Below the pieces are notes generated by a model that saw nothing but the letters and a program-made list of their open reading frames with translations, did no database searches and was not told the DNA's origin. A DNA stretch of 64,000 nt, from assembly GCF_006345805.1 (NCBI RefSeq), contig NC_043004.1, positions 74,338,001 to 74,402,000 of the forward strand, given 5' to 3'. A program made the position numbers and the translations under genes. Every line of letters starts with the position of its first letter. The stretch's first letter is position 1. This document shows positions 35,590 through 48,529 of the stretch, piece after piece. Origin of the DNA: Octopus sinensis. Lineage: Eukaryota.

Positions 35590-36010
35590 CTGCTCATTGA
35601 TTCCAAACTAGAAAACTGTAATTATGCCCGACGTACAATATTCATTTTGTAGAGCTGTACCCTAGAAAAGCAGTAATTGCTCCTTTAGAGGATCTAAGAT
35701 CAGAGTTTTCTCCTTGAAGCAGTTTAGTAAGCAAAATCTATTTCATGAAATTTATCTCATAAGTAAAATACATCACATTTAGCTGCAACAATTTGTTGGT
35801 CGAGATGGTCGTTAACCAGAAATCTTGAATAAAACATATAATGCGACGGAATCTTGGAATAGCTGTTCCATATAACAGAATTTCTTTTGTTTTTGCCAAA
35901 TTTTTGAAAATTGTTTTCTATAACACATTTCAAAATAAAAGAGGAAGCTTGGCATAAAAATTAATCCATCATTTTAAACGTCTCAAGCGTACCTTCAGGA
36001 AAGCAGCAAA
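35590..36010 (-). mobile_element. hAT (Buster/Charlie-like) transposase remnant
   Basis: LLQGENSDLRSSKGAITAFL and QLYKMNIVRR match the post-insertion-domain region. Confidence 0.55.
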
Positions 36011-36691
36011 TGCTAAAAATCTTTTCCTTCTCCGTTATTTTTGCATTGTGTAGTATATACCACATTTTGAAACATATGCAATCCGTACTTTTGGGAAGTA
36101 AAACTTCGAAACCCATTCTTTATTTTGCGTTTCACGATTAAAATCCCGAAAACAAAACCGGGAAAATTACGATTTATGCATGATGGGTATTTTTTTACAA
36201 GTGTTTCAAAATGTGGGAATGTAACATGAGGGAAAATAATAAATAAATAAAATAATTCCAGTGGTGATTGGTATTCGGAAGATCCAGTGAGAGGATTGGT
36301 GGACATTAGAAAACACGAAATACAATACTTTATTTATTTTTTTTGGAAAAAGTCACTCCGCGAATGTTTTGAAATGCGTTGTACTACAAAACATGAGAGA
36401 ATTCAGATATCTCCCCCTCCTCCCACGCACATTTAACTCCAGTTTATGTAAGACAACTATTCCGAAAATCCAACAAAGTATTTAATTAAATGTCTTTAAA
36501 AATCCATAATAATAGTCTCTAAAAGTTAGATTTGAAAAATGTCGAAAACTAAAAAAAATAATTCGAGCTGATTAAATGGCGTATTGTGATTAGAACTCTA
36601 CAACACAAGTAATATTATATACTTCTTAAGAAATTCCAACAATTAAAAAATTATGGCATATTGTTTTATATTTATAATGGCATTGTTATTT

Positions 36692-37082
36692 TGTTTTCTA
36701 CTCAGGGCATAAGACCCGGAATTTTTGGGAAGGGTGCCAATCTATTAAATCGACCCCAGTGGTTCTTAACTTATTGACCCCAAATGGATAAGGGGCAAAG
36801 TCGATCTCGTCGGAATTTGGGCTCAGAACGTAAAGACAGACGAATTACCTATTTCTTTACTACCCACAAGGGGCTCAACACAGAGGAGACAAACAAGGAC
36901 AGACAGACGGATTAAGTCGATTATATCGACCCAGTGCGTAATTGGTACTTATTTAATCGACTCCGAAAGGATGAAAGGCAAAGTCGACCCCGGCGGAATT
37001 TGAACTCAGAACGTAACGCCAGACGAAATACGGCTACACATTTCGCCCGGCATGCTAACGTTTCTGCCAGCTCACCGCCTTT
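36692..37082 (-). mobile_element. Dimeric SINE family 1 (head, body A, body B with alternative tail)
   Basis: Contains the AAAGAAATA|GGTA(A)TTCGTCTGTCTTTACG junction also seen in the 7.5-kb array. Confidence 0.85.
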
Positions 37083-37134
37083 AATGGTAGTGTTACTTTA
37101 ATCAATTTATGAGTCTATAATTTCAAGCCTATAT

Positions 37135-37325
37135 TGATTTCGAACTTTAGCACAAGGCCAGCAATTATGCAGGGGTGGCAGGGATAAGTTCGATTACATC
37201 GACCTCAGTGTTCGATTCGTGCTTATTTTATCGACACCGAAGGGACGAAAGGAAAAATCGACCTTGGAGGAACTCGAACTTAAATCGTAAAGACGGACGA
37301 AACGCTGCTAAGTATTTTACCCGAA
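37135..37325 (-). mobile_element. Diverged SINE family 1 copy
   Basis: Degenerate match to the body and alternative tail. Confidence 0.7.
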
Positions 37326-37478
37326 TTTCAAAATATTCTCTGGTGATTTGAAGACTGCGACTAGTTTAGAGGGCAGTGAACTCTGTTCTTTGTAATCAAT
37401 GCCAAACGTTCGTGTGTTTATATGTGTGTGTAGGTTTGTGTTGTGTGTGTGTAATTGAATATTTACGACGACGTATGG

Positions 37479-37542
<64 letters not shown>

Positions 37543-39536
37543 ACAGAACATATATATATATGTGTATATATATACTTTTTGTACACGGACATAGATGTAT
37601 ATATACTGTGATAGATTTTAAGTAACGTTCATCGTGTTATTTTCAATCTTTGTTTATAAGACAGGGCCTTGTAACAGATGCTAGAAGTGAGTTAGAACAT
37701 CCTGTTGGAACATTAATCGGTTGTTTTCTAACGACGTTATTGTGCACTAATGCACGCCGTATCAGATTGAATATTCCAGTAGATAGTAAACGTTCAGTGT
37801 GTGAGTGTATGCGTATATATATTCTTTTAAATTTTGTTGTTACTGCTGTTTACAGCATCATTGTTGTTGACTTTCTTTATGCTCACTATTATTTCTTTCA
37901 CTTTTCTCGGGAATTCCCTGGGGAATTTTCTGCTCAGCTTCATAGATAAATGTTTGGGGGACTTTAAATTATCTATTCTTTGTCTTTGTTTTGAAAAGAA
38001 AGTAATAAATAAATTAGGAAAGACAGGATTTCTAACAACATTTTTCAGGACGTTTTTTAAACAGGTTTCTAAACCTGGAAGAGCACCATTGGAATGTTAG
38101 AAGACTAGAAATCCACTCTGGAAACTACTGGTCTAAAGTACACTGGCTCCCCAATTTACTATATTGCACCCGTGGGTCCCTAAAAATCTAACATGTACCC
38201 CGGTTGAAACCCTTCGTCTAAGCGGTCTTTTATTTTATTATTTTCAATATTTGTTTATAGAACGGGGACTCTTAACAGATGCTAGTACATCCTATTGTAA
38301 TATATTTGATAGTTTTCTAACGACGCTATTGTGCACAAATGCATGTAGTATCGTACTGAAATATTTGTTCTAGTATATAGTAAACGTTTAAAAATTTACA
38401 AACTTAAGATATTTTTCATTTTAAAGGGAGGATTTCTTCTATTGACTCCTCTGTGTAGAAAAATTACCCAAGATACAATAGTATTTCTATCAGGTGTTAC
38501 AAAACGTGGTGATTTCAAACGCCACTAATCCAGTTTGCTTTAATGTAAACAATTAATGCTTCCACAAACAAAAGCATATGATTAAAAATAACTTTCAGAC
38601 ATTCGTATTTCGGATGATCTTTGTCAGTCTTAATTTGCATCTTTTGTTTTCTTAATTATTTTCTTGAGATATTCCCATCACACTCGTTTTGCAATTCGTT
38701 TCAATTGTTCACCAAATGTATAAATACCGACGCTAAAGCCTTCCCGGATCAGTTTTTGATCTGGCAATTGACCAAAAGACGACCATGATGCAAAGAACAT
38801 TAATCATTTTCACTTTCTTGCTGTTTGTAACAGGTAATAAACACCATACAATTATTTGCATTCCATTTACAACTTCTTTTTCACATTAATTTAGTGCTAT
38901 TGTGTTGTAGTCAGGACTTGGTGGATTGAGAAAATGTTCATAATACTGTGGTATTTAGTTAAAGGCTTTTTTTATGTTCCTCGTTTGATAAGGGCCAACT
39001 GATGAGTGAAAATGGGGTCGATGATATAAAATCAAGACTTATCCCTTTCCTTCACGTACGAAATCTTGTGCGTATTGTATGAAATTATCATTTTGGTTGA
39101 GTCAGTAAAAGTCTCACAATATGATTACCAACAGTCAGTCTATTAATTTGTGATCAATTCTCGCCGAAATCAACTTTGTCTTTTTATATTTATAATAGAT
39201 AAAATTAATTTCAGATCAAGAACTGAGATAGATTTCGTCGAGTTTCACCTGGCACCGACACATCTGACTGTGTAATAAATTAACGCTCAGAGGCTTGGTA
39301 GAGTCAGTGAATACGATTACATGAGATATTTAGTTAATTTGATTCAGCCTTGAAAGTTTCTCTGCTCTGAAAATTAGCAAAGTTGACGCTTGGAGGCTTG
39401 ATACTAGAGATGCGGAATTTTGGATGCATTCATTTCAAATCTACTTATTAGTAAACTGCATTTTTCCTTCGAGTTAACCTGACGTTTGATAATTTAAAGA
39501 AAACATCAGAAGTAACTTTTAAGCGACTTTCCTTGA

Positions 39537-40312
39537 AAATGGATAAGGTTTTGCATTATAATGTTATGAAGCACCTGCAGAAAAACAGCTTAGCCCCCCA
39601 AAACATTAATGCTGAATATAGGGCAGCTGAATTTATGAGGGGAAGAGAGATTCTTGAATATAACCCAAGGTATGGACAATCTGCAACTACCAAAACCAAG
39701 AAAACATTGATCGTGCTCACCACATGGTGAAGGACGACAGGCAATTGACTATAAGTCAAACAACCAATGCGATTAGCGTATCCCGTGCGAGTTGAGAACA
39801 TTCTACACAATGGACTTGGCTTGCTCGTTTGTTGCCAGTCTTCTGACAACTCATCTAAAGCGAACGCAACTTATCACATCACGAGAATATCTGACATTTA
39901 GACAGATCCAGCTGGTTTCCTTAAACGTTTCCTAACATATGTTGAGAATTGGCTTCATCACTTTGAGCTAGAAACAAAGAGACAATCCGTGAAGTGGAAA
40001 CACCTACCCTCACCTGCTCCAAAGAAGGCCAAGGTTGTTTCATCAGCAGAGAAAATAATGGCCTCATGTTTTTGTAGGGGTAGATAAAAAAGGTATTTCG
40101 TTTATTGATAATCTTCGAAAGGATCCCATTATCAATGCAGAGTATTACACGAAATTGCTGTTGCAGTTACGAAAAGCTACCAGGAACAAACGTCCAGGGA
40201 AACTGACGAAAGAGATGTTGTTTCATCCAGCACAGAAGTATTGCGGCTGTGAACTGTTTGATCATCTTCCAAATTCCCCTGATTTGGCCCTGTTTGACTA
40301 TCAACTGTTCCC
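39537..40312 (+). mobile_element. Mariner transposase remnant
   Basis: AAEFMRGREILEYNPR, ENWLHHFELETKRQSVKWKH..PAPKKAKVVSSAEKIMA, FDHLPNSPDLALFDYQLFP. Confidence 0.88.
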
Positions 40313-40325
40313 TATGGGAACTAGT

Positions 40326-40720
40326 GTGGAGTGGAAGCACTCCGTCGGTTACGACGACGAGGGCTTCGGTTGATCCGAATCAACGGAACAGCCTGCTCGT
40401 GAAATTAACGTGTAAGTGGCTGAGCACACTACAGACACGTGTACCCTTAACGTAGTTCTCGGGGATATTCAGCGTGACACAGAGAGTGACAAGGCCGGCC
40501 CTTTGAAATACAGGTACAACAGAAACAGGAAGTAAGAGTGAGAGAAAGTTGTGGTGAAAGAGTACAGCAGGGATCACCACCATCCCCTGCCGGAGCCTCG
40601 TGGAGCTTTTAGGTGTTTTCGCTCAATAAACACTCACAACGCCCGGTCTGGGAATCGAAACCGCGATCCTACGACCGCGAGTCCGCTGCCCTAACCACTG
40701 GGCCATTGCGCCTCCACTAC
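40326..40720 (-). mobile_element. tRNA-derived SINE family 2 (tail type b) with 11-bp TSD
   Basis: Head nearly identical to 18604; TGGGAACTAGT at 40315-40325 and 40721-40731. Confidence 0.93.
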
Positions 40721-40994
40721 TGGGAACTAGTACTGCAGTGATGTTGACGCCTTGTCTCTTGTCGCTACTAGTTACTTTTGAAATCTTCTTTGAATTACTT
40801 GGAATGAAACAATGCAATTATTAATAAGTGGGGTTAAAATTAATGCAGGCAACACTTCACTGCTCTAGTATCACTCCTTCATCGTTTGCCTATGAACTTT
40901 TCAGCCCACCCTCGTCGCAAATTTGTTCTAAATGACCATTCTCCGTTGAAAACTGTATTTTTCCAATTATAGAAACGTACGAATATCCTATACG

Positions 40995-41081
<87 letters not shown>

Positions 41082-41750
41082 GTAAAGTCACATTTCGGTC
41101 TTGAATGAACGTGGAATTGCATATATGTATATGTATTTACATGTATTTATGCATTATATATACATGCGCGTGTCTCTTTCTATGCGTGCTTTTGTCTACA
41201 CTTCCTCTCTCTACACTTCTGAGTTACTAATATTTCCAACAGCTTCCGTATATATGTTACGGCTCCCTATAAAACAACTTATATTCGCAGGTAATTTCGA
41301 ATAAGGGAGCTTACCTGATTCTCTTGTAGAAAGTCATTAAGTTTTTTTGTCAACATTTTTAATCCTTATTTTCGCCTTCATTAAGCAAAATATATATTTC
41401 ACAAATTCAGCTATTTTGTAAGGCATTCAGCTTATTTCTATTACAAATCTATGGATAATCCTCTACCCAATCAATACGTGAGTTATTTAGTTAGGATAAA
41501 GAGAATACAGTTTAGTCATTTTTTTTTTTTTGTGTCATACATTGAAATATCAAAATATTTGAGTTCGAATTATGTCAACTCTATGACACATTTTAACTTT
41601 TATGATAAAGTTGAAAAGCCGAACAAGTTTTGACAATGGTTGTGTCCCTGCTACAGTTAAATAGTTTTTTTATAAATACGGCTGGTGACATATTTGGTGT
41701 ATACATTTTTGTCACATCTATATCCACATCTATATTATTTCAGAAGACTA

Positions 41751-41850
41751 GCCGGAGTCGACTTAGCGTTTCATCCTTTCGGAGTCGATAAATCAAGTAC
41801 CAGTTACGCACTAGGGTCAATGTAATCTAATTAATCCCTTCTCCCAGAGA
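41751..41850 (+). mobile_element. SINE family 1 fragment
   Basis: GTCGACTTAGCGTTTCATCCTTTCGGAGTCGATAAATCAAGTACCAG. Confidence 0.7.
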
Positions 41851-42009
41851 TTATGTTTTCTTTTCCGTTCATGCAAACTATTAAATTCGACTGAATACGC
41901 TTATATTCATACACGCATACATACACACATACACACGCACACGCACGCACACATACACGTGCACACAAATACACACAGACAAATATATATATATGTGTGT
42001 GTGTGTGTG

Positions 42010-42059
<50 letters not shown>

Positions 42060-42073
42060 AATATATATAATAC

Positions 42074-42107
<34 letters not shown>

Positions 42108-42112
42108 GCATA

Positions 42113-42501
42113 TCTATTATATAAAATCCGTTCTGTCTGTCTGTCTGTGTGTCTTCTAGGATCTCGGGCGTCCTCCATCCGATTCCGCTCAAATTTGATA
42201 TGTAGATACCGAGGGTATTAGGGCATGTATAAGTCTTGAAAATTTTACAAAAATCAATTCCAGGTGAGAATGCGATCGATAAAGCCATGAGAACGTGCAT
42301 TTGTACGCGCAAGTACATCAGCTGTTGCGATCGATACTACGCGTACGCGAGAAAAATCCACGTGCAGTTTGCGCAAAAAAAAGACCGGCTGGCTTGAAAT
42401 AATGCCACAAAATGGGACGGTCAGACAAGTTGTTTTGAGAAAATTTGGTTTAAATGTTTGACAACTCAGCACCGTCCATTGGACGTGGGGCGTTTTGCTC
42501 G
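42113..42501 (+). mobile_element. Short non-autonomous Helitron-like element
   Basis: A|TC start with TATTATATAAAA..TCTGTCTGTCTG; 3' hairpin CGTCCA-T-TGGACG and CTCG|T end. Confidence 0.7.
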
Positions 42502-43784
42502 TACATACATATGTATGAATGTGTGTACATAAGGCTTGATGGATGTATATACATATGTAGATACAGGTTTGAGAGAAAACAAATTTACTTTCTATACGCA
42601 CAATATATGAAAGTAGATTTCAAATTTAATTTTTTTATAAAAGGATGGGAATTAATAGAGATCTTACGTATGGATATTTGGTCAAGCGACTTTTTCTTGT
42701 TTCCCAATTTTTCAACATATGTGTTATAAGGTTTACCTAATAACATGTTCGAATGAATTGCTGAAGATTGCAAACAATGCTTACATTTAACCTGCATACA
42801 TTTTTGGACGTTCAGTTGTGTGTGAATTAACTTTTCTAAGAGAATTTTTCGTATGATTTAAATATATATTATATAGGTTTTTAATGTGATAAATAATTTC
42901 TAATTGAATGGCTTTTATTTTCTGAATGTGTTCGTATTTGTGTATAATAGACATACCTGTACTCATTTCGATTATTTTCTTCTATTACAGCAGTACAGTC
43001 TTACTATCCATGGTACAGGTGTTATAATGAACACTATAATCCATATACGCATTACTGTTGTAACAATGCAGTTCACCCGAAAACGAATAGTTTAAATGCC
43101 TGTTGTAATGGTATTACACCATACAACGCTCGGTATGATGGATGTTGTGCAGGAACACTAATCCCTTGGTGGAAAAATACGTGTTGTGTTCGCCACCCGT
43201 GGTGGAATTTCGAATACTTAATGTGCTGAGATAAATCCAAACTACATATTAGTTCATTCTGATTCTGTAATTGTCCAAGAATGTAATGCAACAAATAGCT
43301 CGATCCTGTCTCGGTAATTCAATCACGTATATAGTTACCTTCATTATATAGATTAGTAATTTTATCATGTAATAAATAGTGCTGTTATTAACGTTGTGTA
43401 CCGTTGACGCCGTCTTTGAAAGCCTTATTAATGTATTAATTACATAAAATGTTATTAAAGACTTCCTTTTCTTCATGTAAATTTTTAGTTCCTTTCGTAA
43501 GACATAAATTTGTTTAAATTTTGAAAGTGACATTGTACAGAAAATTGAATAAACTAATATCATGGCAGAAATAAAATTTTGTGTGTTCTTCTCTTTCTCT
43601 TTTTTCTGATATAAGACAAATTCTAATTGAATACAAGGGTTGATAATTTATTTGTATTGCAATCGAAAAATACTTTCACATCACCTTATCCTTGAAAGTC
43701 TTGTTTCACATTCCTAAATTCAATAAAACTTTGATATATTTGCAAAGTATATAATATAATGGTGTATGTATATACGTACGCGTG

Positions 43785-43860
<76 letters not shown>

Positions 43861-44056
43861 GGCCTGCACTCGCATGTACGTTTGTACACTTGTGGAACTT
43901 AATATCATGTAAACCAATGTTTTTCACTTTTCATTTTATATGTATATGCCGATCTTTAATGCTTTCCATGGTACTGTAGTATTATTGTTATTGTTGTTTT
44001 TGCTATTATGTTGCTAACCGCGTGATATTCATATTTAATTTAGTTTGTATTTCATA

Positions 44057-44183
44057 ATCTCTGAAGAGGCCTTGGGATATTTTTGTAAGTGTCTCATTTA
44101 TTACTACATATTGACCTATCACACATGGCTAATATGAGCATAATGAGACACCCATATCTGCATGGCCGAAACAGCTGTAAGAT
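44057..44183 (+). ncRNA. Type I hammerhead ribozyme, extended stem II (pLTR continues to ~44400)
   Basis: ATCT-CTGAAGA(44061)-GGCC..GTGTCTCATT..CATATT..AATATG..AATGAGACAC..GGCC-GAAA(44168)-CAGCTG-TA-AGAT. Confidence 0.88.
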
Positions 44184-44861
44184 GTAGTTTATATTTATAT
44201 TTGTATTTATTTATATTCACTTATACATACTGTACTTATTGTATCCTATTACTCTTTCATGTACATTGTTTTGTTCTATATTATTATGTTTGACCTTAAT
44301 GTTCATATGTAGTGGTTTAATAAATTATGTGATTGGGTATTATCTGGTAGTTGATTATTGATTAAGATGTGTTTCTCCATTTTCTTTTTTTGTATTATTA
44401 ATTTGTGGTAAAACATTTTACCTTTGCCCATATAATACAGTAAATGAATTAATTGCATCGCAGTTCTTAACATTTATGTATTAACTTTGTTGGGTGCTTC
44501 ACTAGCAGTATATTGGATATATGTTATCCCATGGAGGGTTGCACTTACAACTCCTATCTCAATTTGTGTATATATATATATATATAATTATATATATGTA
44601 TATATATTCATACATACATACATACATACGTACGTATATATATATATATATACACACATATATATATATTATATATACATATATACATATATATATATGT
44701 TTGTTTGTGTGTGTGTGTGTGTGTGTTGAAAAAAAGAAAACGGACAAAAATGGGAGTATGAATAATTTATTTGTATGAAATAAAGATGTTGAATATTTTT
44801 ATATAATAACAATACAAATAAATTATAAGTTGTAAAGCTCAAAGAGAAAGGGCAGATGCGA

Positions 44862-44981
44862 AAAACCTACATATATGTTTCGGTTCATATCCGTATGTGA
44901 GACTTAATTCTAAGCATTTGGTTATATGCTAAGAATTGGTATCCTTTTCTGGTATATGGGACAGAATCTCTTCGGGGTTTT
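44862..44981 (-). ncRNA. Hammerhead motif with U4>C core change, extended stem II
   Basis: AAAACC-CCGAAGA-GATTC TGTCC..AATTCTTAGCAT..ATGCTTAGAATT..GGATA T GAACC-GAAA-CATATATG-TA-GGTTTT. Confidence 0.72.
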
Positions 44982-45229
44982 ATGAGCTTATAGAACAAAG
45001 GTTAACATATTTCTTGAAAGGATGCATACAAAATAGTAACAAATTTAAAAAGTTAGATCCAATATATAATGTCAATATGTCTAGCTAGTGAGTTATAGAT
45101 ATTAGTCAAGATGCAATACAGTAAACAAAGTAAATAAAAATGATATAAACATAATGGTAAAGAAAGATTTTAAAATGAATAATAAAAATAAATTAATGGA
45201 AAATATAAATGTATGTAAAACATATATAT

Positions 45230-45459
45230 TTCTTTATTGCCCACAAGGGGCTAAACATAGAGGGGACAAACAAGGACAGAAAAAGGGATTAAGTAGATTA
45301 CATCGACCCCAGTGCGTAACTGGTACTTTATTTATCGACCCCGAAAGGATGAAGGCAAAGTCGACCTCGGCGGATTTTTAACTCAGAACGTAGCGACAGA
45401 CGAAATACGGCTACGCATTTCGCCCGGCACCGCTAACGTTTCTGCCAGCTCGCCGCCTT
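45230..45459 (-). mobile_element. SINE family 1 monomer
   Basis: Full head and body on the minus strand. Confidence 0.9.
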
Positions 45460-46450
45460 ATATGTAAAATATATATAGTATAAAATTGAGATAAAAGAAA
45501 AGAATATTTAAATATGCAAGAGAGGAATTATACAATAAAATAAAAGAAAAGAAAAGATAGATCGTAAAAATGATTAATCAACGGCTAAAGATGAATTATT
45601 TTCGTTGCTTTGGTAAAAGATACAATTCAGGAAAATTGTAGGTGAGTAGCGTTCATATTATTATGTGTGATATTTTTAATCAAGTATAGATAAAGGTCTA
45701 AAAAAATTGACCATTAAGTTATATATCGTTTAAGCCTTATTTATCAACCGTGAGTCAGATATGAATATATGAAAAGTATATATTCAAATTAATGTGTTTA
45801 CACATTGGCACATGCATACATATATTTACTTACGTGCGCATACACATATATAAATACCTATATAAACATATATATGTACATATGCATACACATGTACAAA
45901 TATATACATATATACTCGCACATACAAGCGTATATCAACACATACTACATAGCTATTCTTATATATATATATAAACTCTTTGTCAAACATATATATTTTT
46001 ATTAAATATTTGTTATCAGCAAAGTTAAGTTTTTAAGGTTATGGTAGGGGGAGTTTAATACTTAGGATTATATGGTTAAGATGTCAGAAAAAGGAAAGCT
46101 GAACGAGGGTGAGAAGAGGAACAACATAAACTATAAAATAATGAACTAAAGGTAGTAGAATATGGGGGAGCATGTATTTGGGTATATGTTATAAAGTAGT
46201 ATAATATATTTGTAATTATTAATTATTAACTATATAAATATGTAAATTGGAGATTATTTCATAAAAAGAAGGAATAACATATTACGTAATATGAAGAAAA
46301 CCAGCGTGTCTATATTTATGTATTATGGTCGATTCTTTACGAAGAGTATTGATATTTAAAGATAACTAAACGAATATGAATTATATTATAATTTACTTTA
46401 CTATGGAAAAATAAGAAATAAATAATAGATATACAATAAATGTATAGGTA

Positions 46451-46668
46451 AAGGCGGCGAGCTGGCAGAAACGTTAGCACGCCGGGCGAAATGCTTAGCG
46501 ATATTTCGTCTGTCGCTACGTTCTAAGTTCAAATTCCGCCGAGGTCGACTTTGCCTTTCATCCTTTCGGGGTCGATGAATTAAGTACCAGTTGCGTACTG
46601 AGGTCGATCTAATCGACTTTTCCCCTTCCCCAAAATTTCGGGCCTTGTGCCGAGAGCAAAAAAGAATA
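46451..46668 (+). mobile_element. SINE family 1 monomer with alternative tail
   Basis: AAGGCGGCGAGCTGGCAGAAACG...CCCCAAAATTTCGGGCCTTGTGCC. Confidence 0.9.
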
Positions 46669-46899
46669 AATATATAGGTATGGGAATGTTACTTTCATAT
46701 ATTACGAAAGAAATAGGATTGAATGATTATTGGAATAAAACGATATATATGTAACCAATTGTGCATATGTTAGAAATATATGTTATTAATAAGTATATTT
46801 AGGCATGATATTATGTAATTACATAATGCATAAAATTATAGATATAATTCTGGCTCTAATAAGGATTTAATTAATTCAGTTTCAAATTTAGTAAAGTAT

Positions 46900-48528
46900 T
46901 AATGGTTAATCAGGAACCTAACAATAAGTGATATTAATAATTACAGAATGATTAATGATGTTTATAAAATATATATTTAGGAGTGTGTAGGCATGGGGAG
47001 AATTTCTCAACTCTCTCGTTTAATAATTTATTATTAGAAAAAGAATAATTTTTATCTGGAGAATGACAAGAATTTGCAGAACATATAATCTCCCATATAC
47101 GGATTTTCGTATATGACTCCGTAGAACCAAGATAGAAAACGTACTTACATTCAGCTTCAACTATAGCTTAGTATACTAAATTCTTCCGTTTGCAATGATT
47201 ATTACATTAACATTGTCCGTTAAGCCTACAATCGCAAAACTTACTCGGTTTGCCACAAGAATTTGCAGGTGGGTTAAGGGCAGTAATCTTCCCTTGATTG
47301 CTTTTATTAGAACATTGTGAGTCGAGAATAAGTGGTACATTTTTCTATGAGGAAGAATAAGCTTACGTTTAGCATAAAAATTATCTACTTTTGAAGACGA
47401 ATTATGGAAACCACTAAGAAATATCAAATTCGTGAAGAACCAACTCAGAGATCAACACTAGCGGAAATTAAGTTCAATAATTTTGGATTTAAACTCTAAA
47501 CGAGGTATATTGGTTTAATCTGACAAAATAGGAAATATATATGATTTGAACATTGATGTATATCATGATCTACTTAGGAAGGAAATTACCAAAAAGTACA
47601 CGATAGTTTCCAGAAATACTTTAAGAAAAATTAATCTTGAAGCTAAAAAAATATGACTGAATACGCTATTGAAGATACAACCGAACCTTTTTTCCTTTAA
47701 GGCCTAGAATTTCTTTAAAGGGCTACAGTGATAATTTTGAAACAAACACTGAAGTTAGATTAATCTGCCGTGCAAGATCGGACATAGGTAAACTAAGTAA
47801 ATGTATTATGAATAAATATACAGAACTCAAGAACAAAAGTAAACTCAAACACATGAGGCAATAGATTGGTTCATCAAAATAAAAAATATAAATAAATGCA
47901 AATTCTTACAGGTAGATATTAACGACTATTACACATCAGTTGACGCAACAGTCATAAACAGTGCCCTTATATTTACTAAAATAATACTAAATTGTCTAGG
48001 AAAGAAATTCAAATCATACTAACAGCCAAAATATCAATAATTAATTTCCATAATAAATTGTAAGCCCGCAAGGATACACCTGACTGCTTTGGTGTGGCCA
48101 TGGATTTAGTCGGTTTATACATTCTATATAAGTTCAATAGTGAATTTTCTGAAACAAGGGGTAGTCTATAAAGGGATGATGCACTATTCATCATCAAAAT
48201 CCATTCAAACAGAAAACTAAAATTATACAAGAAAAGAATCCACCAGTTCGTTAACCGACTTGGATTTAATATTTCTATTTCTATATAGAGCATAACTCAG
48301 TTAATTTCTAGACTTGAATTTTAACCTTATTTCTGGAAAATATGCGTCATACCATAAGCCTAATTCCAAAATCACGTATATTAATATAAAAAGTAATCAT
48401 CCTAAGTCAATTATTAATTGTTTAGTTAATAATATCGTACAAAGAATAAATTACCGCTCATCTAACGAAGATATATTTACCAATAACAAGGAATTATATA
48501 ATATTGCATTAGAAAAAGCAGCATGTTG
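46900..48528 (+). mobile_element. Decayed PLE N-terminal and RT region (YRDDG type)
   Basis: FEDELWKPLRNIKF, SDKIGNIYDL..YHDLLRKEITKKY, VRLICRARSDIGKLSK, IDWFIKIKNINKCKFLQVDINDYY, KGDDAL, YHKPNSKITYINIKSNHP. Confidence 0.88.
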
Positions 48529-48529
48529 A

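Noticed and set aside
42585-43563. Minus-strand ORFs upstream of the 44061 HHR, possibly a PLE N-terminus
   Set aside because: I could not match any diagnostic motif, so they are left unassigned.
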